Made by a program: the position numbers and the translations under genes
The notes under the pieces: model-generated
The model's database searches: none
Told to the model about the DNA's origin: nothing
The model's input: only the letters and a program-made list of their open reading frames with translations
Source of the DNA: an uncultured delta proteobacterium
GTDB taxonomy: Bacteria > Desulfobacterota > Binatia > UBA9968
Length of the DNA: 64,000 bases
Reading direction: 5' to 3'
Assembly: GCA_963727625.1 (NCBI GenBank)
Contig: CAVSHR010000004.1
Coordinates: 352,001 to 416,000 of the forward strand
Shown here: piece by piece, positions 9,566 through 17,963 of the stretch
How the letters are laid out: the number at the start of each line of letters is the position of its first letter
Position numbering within the stretch: position 1 is the first letter of the stretch

Positions 9566-10945
9566 TCACCTGCGGCGCGAGGCGCCGTCAGGTGCATCGG
9601 CATGATAGGCCGCGCTTCCCAATGATTCGAGTCTTTTGTAAGCCGCGAGTGGATTTGTAAGTCGTTTCACGAAGTAGATAAAGACTCCGGTCAACAGAAG
9701 GTTCAGCGCGAGACTGAGCATCGAGATAGTCACGATCGGCCCGCCGATTCCATAACTCATCGAGATGACCAGGACGCCAGCGCCCACCTCGCCGCGAGGC
9801 CACATGCCGATCGCGAGGGCGAGTCGCTCCCGCCAATGCGCCTCTCGTCGATAACAAAACGCTGGGAACATCTTGCCGAGGTTGGAAATCAAAGTGACGG
9901 CGAGGACGTGCAGAATGATCTGAGGCCACCCCATGGGTGGCTGGGCGGCGGTGACGCGTCCAACTTGCTGCAAGCTCCCGATTTCGGCCGCCGCAGCCTC
10001 TGCTGCGGGAGCGCCAGCCCCGTGCAAACTGGGTTCGATAGTTTCGGCCATCGCTCCCCCTTGCACCGCGAGGTCCTCCACGAGAATCATGGGCATGGAA
10101 AGGCCGACGAGAACCATGAACACCGCGGCGACAATCGTGGTGACGCGCCTCTCGACAAGCGTTTCGAGCTCGTGGTGGGCGTCGCGCCCGTCGCCTCTAC
10201 CGCTTGTGCCATGCCCCGGATACGCCATGATGCACCCGATCACGAAGGCCGGGAGCAGTACCTCGATGTGAATGGGCACAGACTCATCGATCAGCTTGGA
10301 GCCCCTGTACACCAGCTCGCTGACGGTACTGATTACAACGCCATACGCAAGGACCCAAGGCCATGAAATGGGGATGCGGACGCGGTGCAGGAACGCGAAC
10401 GCGATCGCAAGCATGGTGCCCATCACCACCACGACCAGGCCGAGCTGCCAGGCCAGGCCAACCATCAGCATCTTGAGCGGTATCATCAACAGTACGGTGT
10501 CCAAGTCATCGAAGATGGCCAAGATTCGCGCCTTGCGGAACAGCCACGTCGCACCCAGCCCGGCCGCGGCGAGCATCGAGAACAGCACGCCCGCCGACGT
10601 CGGCGCTGCGAATCGCCCGGCGAGTAGAGTCTCCCGCCATGCGGCCAGAGTTGCCCAGGAGTCCGGCGGAAGCAGGACGAAGACGAGGTACGCCGTCACA
10701 AGGATCCACGGCAAGCTCGCAGCCGTGAACGCTACGGCGTAGTCCCAGCCGTACTGCCTAAGGTTCGACCTGTCGATATCGAATTCATAGCCGACACGAA
10801 TCATGATGAACGACAAGCCTGTCATGGTTGAGATGCGGATGACGTCATCGAGGCCCTCGTACGCGGCACCAATGGCCTCGGGCAGCCACTGCGATCCGAT
10901 CAGGCCGCTCAGGAGCAGCATCGAGAACAGCAGCACCTTTCTCAT
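9566..10945 (-). CDS. Cation:proton antiporter (Na+/H+ exchanger-like), integron cassette gene
   Basis: Multiple TM helices; AIFDDL, GK, PRGEVG motifs; preceded by attC core GTTAGGC. Confidence 0.75.
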   Translation of the reverse strand: MRKVLLFSMLLLSGLIGSQWLPEAIGAAYEGLDDVIRISTMTGLSFIMIRVGYEFDIDRSNLRQYGWDYAVAFTAASLPWILVTAYLVFVLLPPDSWATLAAWRETLLAGRFAAPTSAGVLFSMLAAAGLGATWLFRKARILAIFDDLDTVLLMIPLKMLMVGLAWQLGLVVVVMGTMLAIAFAFLHRVRIPISWPWVLAYGVVISTVSELVYRGSKLIDESVPIHIEVLLPAFVIGCIMAYPGHGTSGRGDGRDAHHELETLVERRVTTIVAAVFMVLVGLSMPMILVEDLAVQGGAMAETIEPSLHGAGAPAAEAAAAEIGSLQQVGRVTAAQPPMGWPQIILHVLAVTLISNLGKMFPAFCYRREAHWRERLALAIGMWPRGEVGAGVLVISMSYGIGGPIVTISMLSLALNLLLTGVFIYFVKRLTNPLAAYKRLESLGSAAYHADAPDGASRRR

Positions 10946-11007
10946 CGCAGCGATTCGTTCCCTTCTTCTGGCGTTTCCGTTTGCGGGCTGTAGTTGCCAC
11001 CTGCGCG

Positions 11008-11066
11008 GCCTAACGCTATGGGTGCAAGGCGCGTTCCACCGCGTTCTTCTCTAACCATGGTTAGCC
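11008..11066 (-). other. attC site (59 bp)
   Basis: Plus strand GCCTAAC...GTTAGCC. Confidence 0.65.
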
Positions 11067-11082
11067 TGGGTTCGTCTGCGCA

Positions 11083-11890
11083 AAAACGGGGTCAGAGAAC
11101 TTTTTCAATCCGAATCCCAGGCATCTTCCTAGGCCGGCCACGGGCTTCACCGACTAATCGTCGCCCAGTCATCGCCTCCACCTGTTTCTGAAACGTTTCT
11201 CGCCCAATCAAACGACCCCGCTGCGTTGCCTGGCGAATTTTATCCCATTCCATTTCGTCGCATTGCCTTTCTATCCACTCTCGATATTTGTCTTGTCTCT
11301 CGTCCGCAGTCAATCCCAATCCTTCGTACCAAGGATCCACATCCAGCAAACGATCCGAGATGCCCAATGCCCGGCTCCGATAACTACTCCAACGATAATC
11401 CCTCGGATGCTTCACAAGACAAGCTCTCACCGGATTCAGCTCAATATACCTGCTACACGCTATCAGGTATTCGTCACGACTGACCGCTGCGCTCTTAAAC
11501 CTTCCCTCCCACAACGTACCCGTACGACCATAAGTTTCATTCACGTATCGAACATATCGTCGTCCTACGCTCTGCATGAATCGACCGAGGCCACCAGCTT
11601 CTGCGGGTTCTACCAGCAGATGGAAATGATTCGTCATTAGAACGTACGCATCAATCCTGCAATGACATTTGACTTTGGCCTGTCGGAGACATTCCAAGAA
11701 GAATCGATAATCGTCGTCGGCAAAAAAGCTCGCGGCTCGATTGTTTCCGCGCTGAATAATGTGCTGGGGATAAGCGGGAATCGTGATTCGACGCAACCGC
11801 GCCATGGAATAACTCGATGTCTGCGAGTTTTGCCAGAAACTATCGCTAGATTAGAGCGTCGTCAAAGAAAAAGTTCTCTGACCCCGTTTT
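11083..11890 (-). mobile_element. RAYT-type element with perfect 23-bp inverted repeats inside a cassette
   Basis: AAAACGGGGTCAGAGAACTTTTT (11083-11105) and AAAAAGTTCTCTGACCCCGTTTT (11868-11890). Confidence 0.8.
11092..11805 (-). CDS. REP-associated tyrosine transposase (HUH, Y1)
   Basis: HIIQRGNNR, YVLMTNHFHLL (HUH), LWEGRF, RYIELNPVRA, WSSY. Confidence 0.9.
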   Translation of the reverse strand: MARLRRITIPAYPQHIIQRGNNRAASFFADDDYRFFLECLRQAKVKCHCRIDAYVLMTNHFHLLVEPAEAGGLGRFMQSVGRRYVRYVNETYGRTGTLWEGRFKSAAVSRDEYLIACSRYIELNPVRACLVKHPRDYRWSSYRSRALGISDRLLDVDPWYEGLGLTADERQDKYREWIERQCDEMEWDKIRQATQRGRLIGRETFQKQVEAMTGRRLVGEARGRPRKMPGIRIEKVL

Positions 11891-12114
11891 CCCTTTGAAG
11901 ACGAAACGGAAGCCGGCCCTGTATACTCCTTTGCCCGCTGGTGCGAAGCGTCCGCCGAGCCGGACCAAGGAAAGGTTCTTCGAACCGGCGATAAGGAACA
12001 GGCTCTTTCCCGAGCGTCGAAAGTTCGGCGCGAGACGGTTCGCGACTTCGGCCTCGAAAATCGCGTCGTAGTCCTCGCGTCTCACACCTGTCTCTCAAGG
12101 TCCCGACTTGGGGC

Positions 12115-12195
12115 GGCCAACGTTAAGGCTGAGAAGCCGCGGCCCGCGAGCCTTGCGAGCGGGTCCGTAGGTCTGTCTCAAGCCGCTTGTTAGGC
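12115..12195 (-). other. attC site (81 bp)
   Basis: GGCCAAC...GGCTGAGA...TCTCAAGCC...GTTAGGC imperfect palindrome. Confidence 0.85.
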
Positions 12196-12858
12196 GTCAT
12201 TGTGCCCTTGGCGCCGGAGTACAACATGGGTGGCTTTCTCCGACGCAACGAACTGAACGCATTCGTATCCCAGAGCGCGCACGTCAATCCCCTCGAACAG
12301 TCGCTCTCCCCCGCCCAGCAGGACCGGCGAGATAGCGACGTGCAGCTCATCGATGAGGCCCGTACGAAGATATTGCTGGATAGTGTTAGGTCCGCCGCCA
12401 ATGCGTATATCCATTCCGTTCGCTGCGTCGCGCGCCCGGTCAAGCGCCTCGTGAATACCGCCCGTGACGAAGTAGAATGTCGTTCCGCCTTCCATCTGGA
12501 TGGGCGGGCGCGCGTGATGAGTCAAGATGAAAGTTGGAACGTGATAAGGTGGGTTGTCCCCCCACCAGCCTTTCCAGTTCATGTCGGGCCAGGAACCGCG
12601 AATCGGTCCGAACATGTTTCTTCCGAGAATCCAGGCGCCAACATTCTTGAAGCCCCGCGCAGCGAAGTCGTCATCGATCCCCGTTGTGCCACCATCGGCG
12701 CCAAATAGGGTCCGTTGTAACGTGCGTGTCGGGACTAACCACTGATGCAAATCTGTCCCGCCCACGCCGAGCGGATTCCTGATGTCCTGATTCGGACCAG
12801 CTCCGTATCCGTCAAGCGAGATGGTAAAGCCCTCAACTCGGACGCGTGTCATTTTCAT
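12190..12858 (-). CDS. Dihydrofolate reductase / RibD C-terminal domain protein, cassette gene
   Basis: ISLDGY, ILGRNMF, IGGG, IDELHVAISPVLLGGGERLF. Confidence 0.9.
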   Translation of the reverse strand: MKMTRVRVEGFTISLDGYGAGPNQDIRNPLGVGGTDLHQWLVPTRTLQRTLFGADGGTTGIDDDFAARGFKNVGAWILGRNMFGPIRGSWPDMNWKGWWGDNPPYHVPTFILTHHARPPIQMEGGTTFYFVTGGIHEALDRARDAANGMDIRIGGGPNTIQQYLRTGLIDELHVAISPVLLGGGERLFEGIDVRALGYECVQFVASEKATHVVLRRQGHNDA

Positions 12859-12876
12859 GCCTTCCTTTCGATTGAC

Positions 12877-12963
12877 GCCTAACGCGATGCGGCTAAGCGG
12901 TGGCGAAGAAGGCTAGCTTTAAGGCGAGCGTTTTCACCATCAGGCTTAAGGCGCTGGTTCGGG
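12877..12963 (-). other. attC site (87 bp)
   Basis: GCCTAAC...GCTAAGC...GCTTAAGGC...GTTCGGG. Confidence 0.75.
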
Positions 12964-13512
12964 CGATGAACGCCGCAAGGCATTATGACGTGCAACGCGA
13001 GATCTGCTACCGCTGGAAACCAGATACCTCGCCATGTTGTCGACGTCATTCGAATACACCTCAACAACTGTATAAACCAAACTGCTCTTTGGTGCTTTCG
13101 ACGACTCACCGTGTCCGTTGAGAGAAATAACTTCTCCGTGAATAAGTGCGACGCGGTCGCCCACCTGAAACCTCTCAGAATTCGCCACCTGATACCATGG
13201 TCGCCCAAGTTGTTTCCAACAAAGTCTCAGATAATCTTCAATTGTTTCGTAAAGCAACGACTTCTGCTCCTCCACCTGGGAGGAGAATGCCACATCGGTC
13301 AACGATCCCATACCGCCGTAGATATTCTCAACTTGTCGCCCAAGAGAATATTTTTCTTCCCAGTTGTCAGCGTTTGTCTCCAATCTAGCCGCCACGGCGG
13401 CGAAGCGGCCTAATGTTTCCGCCCAATGCGGACTTTCCTGCAGAATGGTAGTCGAGAGAACTTGAAGCTGCTCGAACAATGACCTCTCCGCGGTATGTTC
13501 TGAATGCGCCAT
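12946..13512 (-). CDS. Hypothetical cassette protein (DUF6966-like N-terminus)
   Basis: IYGGMGSLTD motif; bounded by attC sites. Confidence 0.6.
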   Translation of the reverse strand: MAHSEHTAERSLFEQLQVLSTTILQESPHWAETLGRFAAVAARLETNADNWEEKYSLGRQVENIYGGMGSLTDVAFSSQVEEQKSLLYETIEDYLRLCWKQLGRPWYQVANSERFQVGDRVALIHGEVISLNGHGESSKAPKSSLVYTVVEVYSNDVDNMARYLVSSGSRSRVARHNALRRSSPEPAP

Positions 13513-13533
13513 AATCAGGTGCGATAGTTTGCG

Positions 13534-13614
13534 CCCTAACGAATCAAGCTGAAAGGACGAGACCAGCGAGCGCAGTGAGCGGGTCGAAGATCCGTCTCAA
13601 GCCGATCGTTAGAT
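13534..13614 (-). other. attC site (81 bp)
   Basis: CCCTAAC...GCTGAAAGGA...TCCGTCTCAAGC...GTTAGAT. Confidence 0.85.
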
Positions 13615-13623
13615 GGTGGAGCA

Positions 13624-14289
13624 CTACAAAAACTCGACATAGTCTAGCTTACGAGCAAGATCTACGGGTAAAAAATCGTCGTCCAACCATTGGCTTGGCT
13701 TACCTGTAACGATTACCACAAACCGAAATTCATTTTCTGTGCTGAAAATAGCAGGCTTTTGTGAATAAGACAGTGGCACCGAGGCGACCGTGAGTTGGTG
13801 CAGAGACTTCTCTCCTTTGTTGTACTGCACCACGCATCCTTTGACGCCTCCGCTAAATCCATAAGGGAGTGTTTCCACGAAAGCGCAAATATCATCGGCA
13901 AACTGCCTCGGCTGTTTGATTTTAACAACCCACGGCCCAAAACGCTGTCTTAGCAAATCGATGTCTACACTTGGAAGCGAGCAACTGAATATGAACTTCG
14001 GGTTCAGGAGTTCAATATGACTGTGAACGTATCCAGGTTGAGTCAGAGTCGTTGTCTCGACTGAATCGCGTGAAAAATCCACGGAGGTCACCATTCCATA
14101 GCGCTGGAAATGCCCCTGGCCTTCCGACGAGTCTTTTCGGTTCTCATCTTCAATCTCAGTGTAAATTCTTAGATTGCCCATACGGAATCTGCCGTGCTCC
14201 ACGAAGGCTTCTGCGTATGCTCTTTCTTTGAAGGCACGGAAGACAACTTTAAGAGAGTTTCCGATTGCATGGAGTTTTTTGTCCATCAT
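13624..14289 (-). CDS. Hypothetical cassette protein (DUF2971-like, possible ADP-ribosyltransferase fold)
   Basis: FR..., D..EG, IFSCS, VQY, K..F..ENEFRF motif series. Confidence 0.5.
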   Translation of the reverse strand: MMDKKLHAIGNSLKVVFRAFKERAYAEAFVEHGRFRMGNLRIYTEIEDENRKDSSEGQGHFQRYGMVTSVDFSRDSVETTTLTQPGYVHSHIELLNPKFIFSCSLPSVDIDLLRQRFGPWVVKIKQPRQFADDICAFVETLPYGFSGGVKGCVVQYNKGEKSLHQLTVASVPLSYSQKPAIFSTENEFRFVVIVTGKPSQWLDDDFLPVDLARKLDYVEFL

Positions 14290-14302
14290 CGTGCTGGAAT
14301 CG

Positions 14303-14402
14303 GTCTAACGGCTTGCCGCTCAGCCGCGAGCGGCGCGAAACATCAACTTTCAGATCGGCCATACCCACACGCGCCGATCGGCGGCTCAGCTGCTTGTTAG
14401 AC
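14303..14402 (-). other. attC site (100 bp)
   Basis: GTCTAAC...GCTCAGCCGC...GCGGCTCAGC...GTTAGAC. Confidence 0.85.
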
Positions 14403-14834
14403 CGCCTCCAAGCGTGCTTCGCCATTGGCGTCTTCAGGTATCCGCTTAAGTTCGTCGATAAATCTGTCGAGAAGAACGGGCTCCGAGCACAGGTACATCG
14501 TTGCACGGCTTGCCACCGTCTTTTTGCCGAATTCCCTAAAGTCAGACTCTTGCTCGCAAGTAATGAAAAGCCTTCCAGGCTTCGGAAAGTGAAACCGAGC
14601 ATGAAAGGCACCGTTACCGTACTCACAACCAAACTCACCGAAGCGGACTTCCAAAAGCCCTCCGTAAACATGCGATTTGAAAGCATCGAGATTTGCGATC
14701 GTTTCTGCGAGGTCACGGAACCCTACGTAGACTCGGTTTGCAAAACGGGACGTACCGTCAGCCACCTCGATGGTGAGCTCGACCATGTCGTCGTCGGACC
14801 ACACTCTGGATATGCGTATTCCTTGTTCCATCAT
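14397..14834 (-). CDS. Hypothetical cassette protein
   Basis: ORF fills the cassette; stop lies within the inverse core site. Confidence 0.7.
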   Translation of the reverse strand: MMEQGIRISRVWSDDDMVELTIEVADGTSRFANRVYVGFRDLAETIANLDAFKSHVYGGLLEVRFGEFGCEYGNGAFHARFHFPKPGRLFITCEQESDFREFGKKTVASRATMYLCSEPVLLDRFIDELKRIPEDANGEARLEAV

Positions 14835-14856
14835 GGCGTCGATTCTGTCGGTCTAA

Positions 14857-14908
14857 CGGGTCGGCTTACCCGTCGACCCGTTCGCACGACCGTCTGCGGT
14901 CGGGCGAA
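14857..14908 (-). other. 52-bp ORF-less micro-cassette with a 36-bp mini attC-like hairpin
   Basis: Lies between core sites GTTCGCC and GTTAGAC; internal inverse core TGCGAAC; two hairpins. Confidence 0.6.
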
Positions 14909-14998
14909 CGACAGAACTGACCGACGCGGGCGGTCAGTGACGTCCGAATTGGAAACTGACGCGGCCCGCCCGCGTTCGGTCCAGTGATCTGGTTCGGC
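14903..14998 (-). other. attC site (96 bp)
   Basis: GGCGAAC...ACTGACCGACGCGGGCGG...CCGCCCGCGTTCGGTCCAGT...GTTCGGC. Confidence 0.85.
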
Positions 14999-15005
14999 GT
15001 TCCCG

Positions 15006-15341
15006 TCATGAGTAGAATGAGAGCGCCAGAACCGCTGGCTCTCCCTTTTCGATCCTCCGCCAATTCACGAATGCGGAGCACTCGACCAGCGCATCGTAAA
15101 TCTCCGAGCATCTCTTCCTCAAGCCGCCGACGTCAGAAACGCACAAGACAAGCACATCTCCCGGTGCGACGTGAACAGAACTCAAGCCGTCGTCCGGTGC
15201 ATCCAAGGAAGTCATGCAATCATTCCAAGCGTCCATGTTCCGGCCGTAGAATCCAGGAAAGCCGAGCGCCTGCGAGAACTGATCGTGAAACGAATCCCAA
15301 TCGGTGATTTTGCTGCCGTCGATCTGAATGTTCTTGGGCAT
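15006..15341 (-). CDS. Barstar family protein, cassette gene
   Basis: IDGSKI.DW.SFH..F...LGFPGFYGRNMDAWNDCM. Confidence 0.9.
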   Translation of the reverse strand: MPKNIQIDGSKITDWDSFHDQFSQALGFPGFYGRNMDAWNDCMTSLDAPDDGLSSVHVAPGDVLVLCVSDVGGLRKRCSEIYDALVECSAFVNWRRIEKGEPAVLALSFYS

Positions 15342-15355
15342 CGCGATGCTCTTAC

Positions 15356-15448
15356 GCCGAACGACAAAACTCACCGACGCCGGGCCGAAGATGCTCGCCT
15401 TGGAACCGCAGCGCAATCCCGGCGTTCGGTGCAGTGATTTTGTTCGGC
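15356..15448 (-). other. attC site (93 bp)
   Basis: GCCGAAC...CACCGACGCCGGG...CCCGGCGTTCGGTG...GTTCGGC. Confidence 0.85.
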
Positions 15449-16021
15449 ACGTCCGTCCTCTCGGTACCAAGCGAGTAAGCCCAACAGCCCTGCTTGACTA
15501 CCGTGCCGTGCTATCATCTTGGTCGTGCCGTCGAGAAATCCACAAACGAGCTCTGTGAAAATATCGAGAGCTTCGAATCCCTTCGGAACTGGCTCCCCTG
15601 CGGCTTTGCGCCAGATGCTGATGCTTTCGGCGATGTGAGCCAAATCCTTATCGGTCGGAACATAATCGAGGCGATGCGCAACCTTGTTCCGCATTGCATT
15701 CAGCGCCTTCATCCCGGCGACGAAAAAGTGGAAATTGGCTTGGGGGTGGTCTGCAAGGTCAATCTTCTGAGCAAACGTGAGCCTTGCAGAACCGATTCCC
15801 GGAGACGCAGGATTTGCCGCCTCAAGGTAAGCAGTGAGGAAGTGCTCAAGAACAAGGTGACACTTAAGAATCATCAGCTTGGCTGAGTGGTCAGTGCTCC
15901 ATAGATGCCTATAGTGCGATTTGAACGCGTGGAAATCAGCCTCGATCTGGGGAGCGTCCGCAAGGAGCTTCCGGAAGACAGGTGACTTCTTGAATTCCTT
16001 CCTGAGGCTATCGGTGCTCAT
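15371..16021 (-). CDS. HEPN-like domain protein, cassette gene
   Basis: HLVLEHFL...LTFAQKIDL...LNAMRNKVAH (Rx4H); start set to MSTDS inside the cassette. Confidence 0.65.
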   Translation of the reverse strand: MSTDSLRKEFKKSPVFRKLLADAPQIEADFHAFKSHYRHLWSTDHSAKLMILKCHLVLEHFLTAYLEAANPASPGIGSARLTFAQKIDLADHPQANFHFFVAGMKALNAMRNKVAHRLDYVPTDKDLAHIAESISIWRKAAGEPVPKGFEALDIFTELVCGFLDGTTKMIARHGSQAGLLGLLAWYREDGRAEQNHCTERRDCAAVPRRASSARRR

Positions 16022-16041
16022 GGTGTGTTCAGATTTCTGCT

Positions 16042-16104
16042 GCCGAACGTCATGAATCAGGCTCTTCGGCGCTAGCCGAAATAGCCTGGATTCAGTTGTT
16101 CGCA
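16042..16104 (-). other. attC site (63 bp)
   Basis: GCCGAAC..TGAATCAGGCT.TTCGGC..GCCGAA.AGCCTGGATTCA..GTTCGCA. Confidence 0.85.
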
Positions 16105-17141
16105 TTATTCTTGGCGGCCTTCTTCGTCGCCGGTGCTGGCAGAAGGCGGAGTTGATCCACGGTCTTCTGGAGTTGCCGAACTTCCGTGAAGATGTCGTCA
16201 ACTCCCTTCTCTGCGTCTGCTGAAGAAGGACAGTCAACACGCCCACCCTTGTCGATGAAGACGAACAGATTGCGAATGCCGAGGCTGACGCCGTTGATTA
16301 CATCGCCGACTGGTTTCGGTTTCATCCCGGCAGTGAGTTCTCCGGTGATCTCCTGTGCCGATTTATCGGAGAATGCGTCAGCTTCGGCCTCCAGATCCTT
16401 CTCGATTTGCTTGTTCTCCAACTTCAGCTTCTTGATCTCCTGCACCTGCTTCCTGATGCTCAAGTACTTTTCAACGCGTGCAAGGACACAGTCCACGGCC
16501 TTGCCAACCATGAGGACTAGGCTGCAGGCTGTTGCAACGTCGATGATGAGAGGAGAAGACTTCTGAACAAACACGATCCTGGAGCTTTCAGGCTTCTCGT
16601 CGACCAGTTGGCTGAAAGCCCGAATGATCTTCGTCCATGAGTCAATCCATCCCTCAAATTCAACGATGTTGTCCACTGCCGCCTTCTCTGTGAAGGTGAT
16701 CTCAAGAAGGGCTTCGCCCTTTTGCAGAGCAACATCCTTGAGCGTGGGAATTCGCTGAAGGGCCGATTGAAGATTGCGGTTCCTCTCGAGGAACTGCTGG
16801 AAAGCCTTCTGTTTGGCATCCACTTTCTGAATCACGCCTTGGGGGTCGAAGTTCTCGTCGTACAGTATCGCCTCAAGCTCGCGGACCCCGGCGTCACCAA
16901 CGTACTCGCCGTATCCCAGCACATCGAACAGGTGAGTTTCGCTGTAGGTAAACGATATCTGATCGAATGAACGCAGCGCGCTGAACAGTTGGTCTTTCTG
17001 TTGAGATACTGGTTGTTGCCGGTTGTTGCGGAGCGAGTTGGCGAGAATCTGAAGAAACTGCTCATACAACTGCTCCGCTTTGCTCTTCTGTATGTGTTCC
17101 ACGAGTTTCGTGGCAAGCGTCTTCAGATCATCAACCTTCAT
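16092..17141 (-). CDS. Hypothetical 349-aa cassette protein
   Basis: Long ORF with AG-rich RBS, fills the cassette; coiled-coil-like segment. Confidence 0.75.
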   Translation of the reverse strand: MKVDDLKTLATKLVEHIQKSKAEQLYEQFLQILANSLRNNRQQPVSQQKDQLFSALRSFDQISFTYSETHLFDVLGYGEYVGDAGVRELEAILYDENFDPQGVIQKVDAKQKAFQQFLERNRNLQSALQRIPTLKDVALQKGEALLEITFTEKAAVDNIVEFEGWIDSWTKIIRAFSQLVDEKPESSRIVFVQKSSPLIIDVATACSLVLMVGKAVDCVLARVEKYLSIRKQVQEIKKLKLENKQIEKDLEAEADAFSDKSAQEITGELTAGMKPKPVGDVINGVSLGIRNLFVFIDKGGRVDCPSSADAEKGVDDIFTEVRQLQKTVDQLRLLPAPATKKAAKNNANN

Positions 17142-17160
17142 CGTGTCTTTCTCCTCTCAA

Positions 17161-17241
17161 TGCGAACGCTACGGCTGAACGGACAAGGCCAGCGAGCGCA
17201 GCGAGCGGGTCCGACGATCCGTTTCAAGCCGTTTGTTAGGC
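17161..17241 (-). other. attC site (81 bp)
   Basis: TGCGAAC...CGGCTGAACGGA...TCCGTTTCAAGCCG...GTTAGGC. Confidence 0.9.
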
Positions 17242-17955
17242 CACTCGCGGTGCACACGCCGCTGCCCAGAGAGCAACACTTGCATAAACCCCGACAACCG
17301 ATACTGGAATTGTGAACACGTCACCTTCCCCAAAGGCCCGAACGCCTGCGAGCACAAACCATGAAAGGAGTACCATTAAAAACGCCGTGGCCACCACACC
17401 CTTGGAGCCCCGTGGAACTTGTAAAACGGCGACCGGCAGTCTCACTCCGCGCGTTGAGAGATACCAACCGCATAGCACAAAGGGAAAACCAAGCACACAA
17501 AAGAACACGCTCCCTGCGATTGGGATTGCAATATTGTCCGCCCACCACGGATAGTCTCCACGCTCAAGTGTATATTGCAGCCACAGCAACTGTGCCGGAA
17601 CCCAACCCCACCATGCTGCGGTTGCCATCCAGAACATTCCTCGCCGAGTTGCTAGTGTCCCTAAATGAAACAGATCTCGAAACGTTCGAAGTCGAAGCAT
17701 GAGAAAAAGAGCAGCAATCGACACTCCGAGACTGATTACCGCGGCACCATGGTCCGAGCGTATGGCGGCTGGAGTCAAATTGTTAGCCTGTGCTTCGTAG
17801 AATTTCCGGGACAGATCGCCGGAAAGGTCGCGAGACACGTCCGCGGTCTCGAATTCCCGACGCCAACTTGGATCTGCGTACCTTGACTCGTCGACCGTCG
17901 GAGCAATGAGAATGATTCCGAAAAGTATGATGGCAATTGGGATGGAATAAACCAT
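17236..17955 (-). CDS. Hypothetical membrane protein, cassette gene
   Basis: About 6 hydrophobic segments; fills the cassette. Confidence 0.7.
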   Translation of the reverse strand: MVYSIPIAIILFGIILIAPTVDESRYADPSWRREFETADVSRDLSGDLSRKFYEAQANNLTPAAIRSDHGAAVISLGVSIAALFLMLRLRTFRDLFHLGTLATRRGMFWMATAAWWGWVPAQLLWLQYTLERGDYPWWADNIAIPIAGSVFFCVLGFPFVLCGWYLSTRGVRLPVAVLQVPRGSKGVVATAFLMVLLSWFVLAGVRAFGEGDVFTIPVSVVGVYASVALWAAACAPRVA

Positions 17956-17963
17956 TGTTGTTG

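Noticed and set aside
16022-16246. N-terminal extension of ORF 15371-16246 (likewise 15342-15470 for barstar)
   Set aside because: Crosses an attC into the preceding cassette; internal ATG starts fit the cassette boundaries
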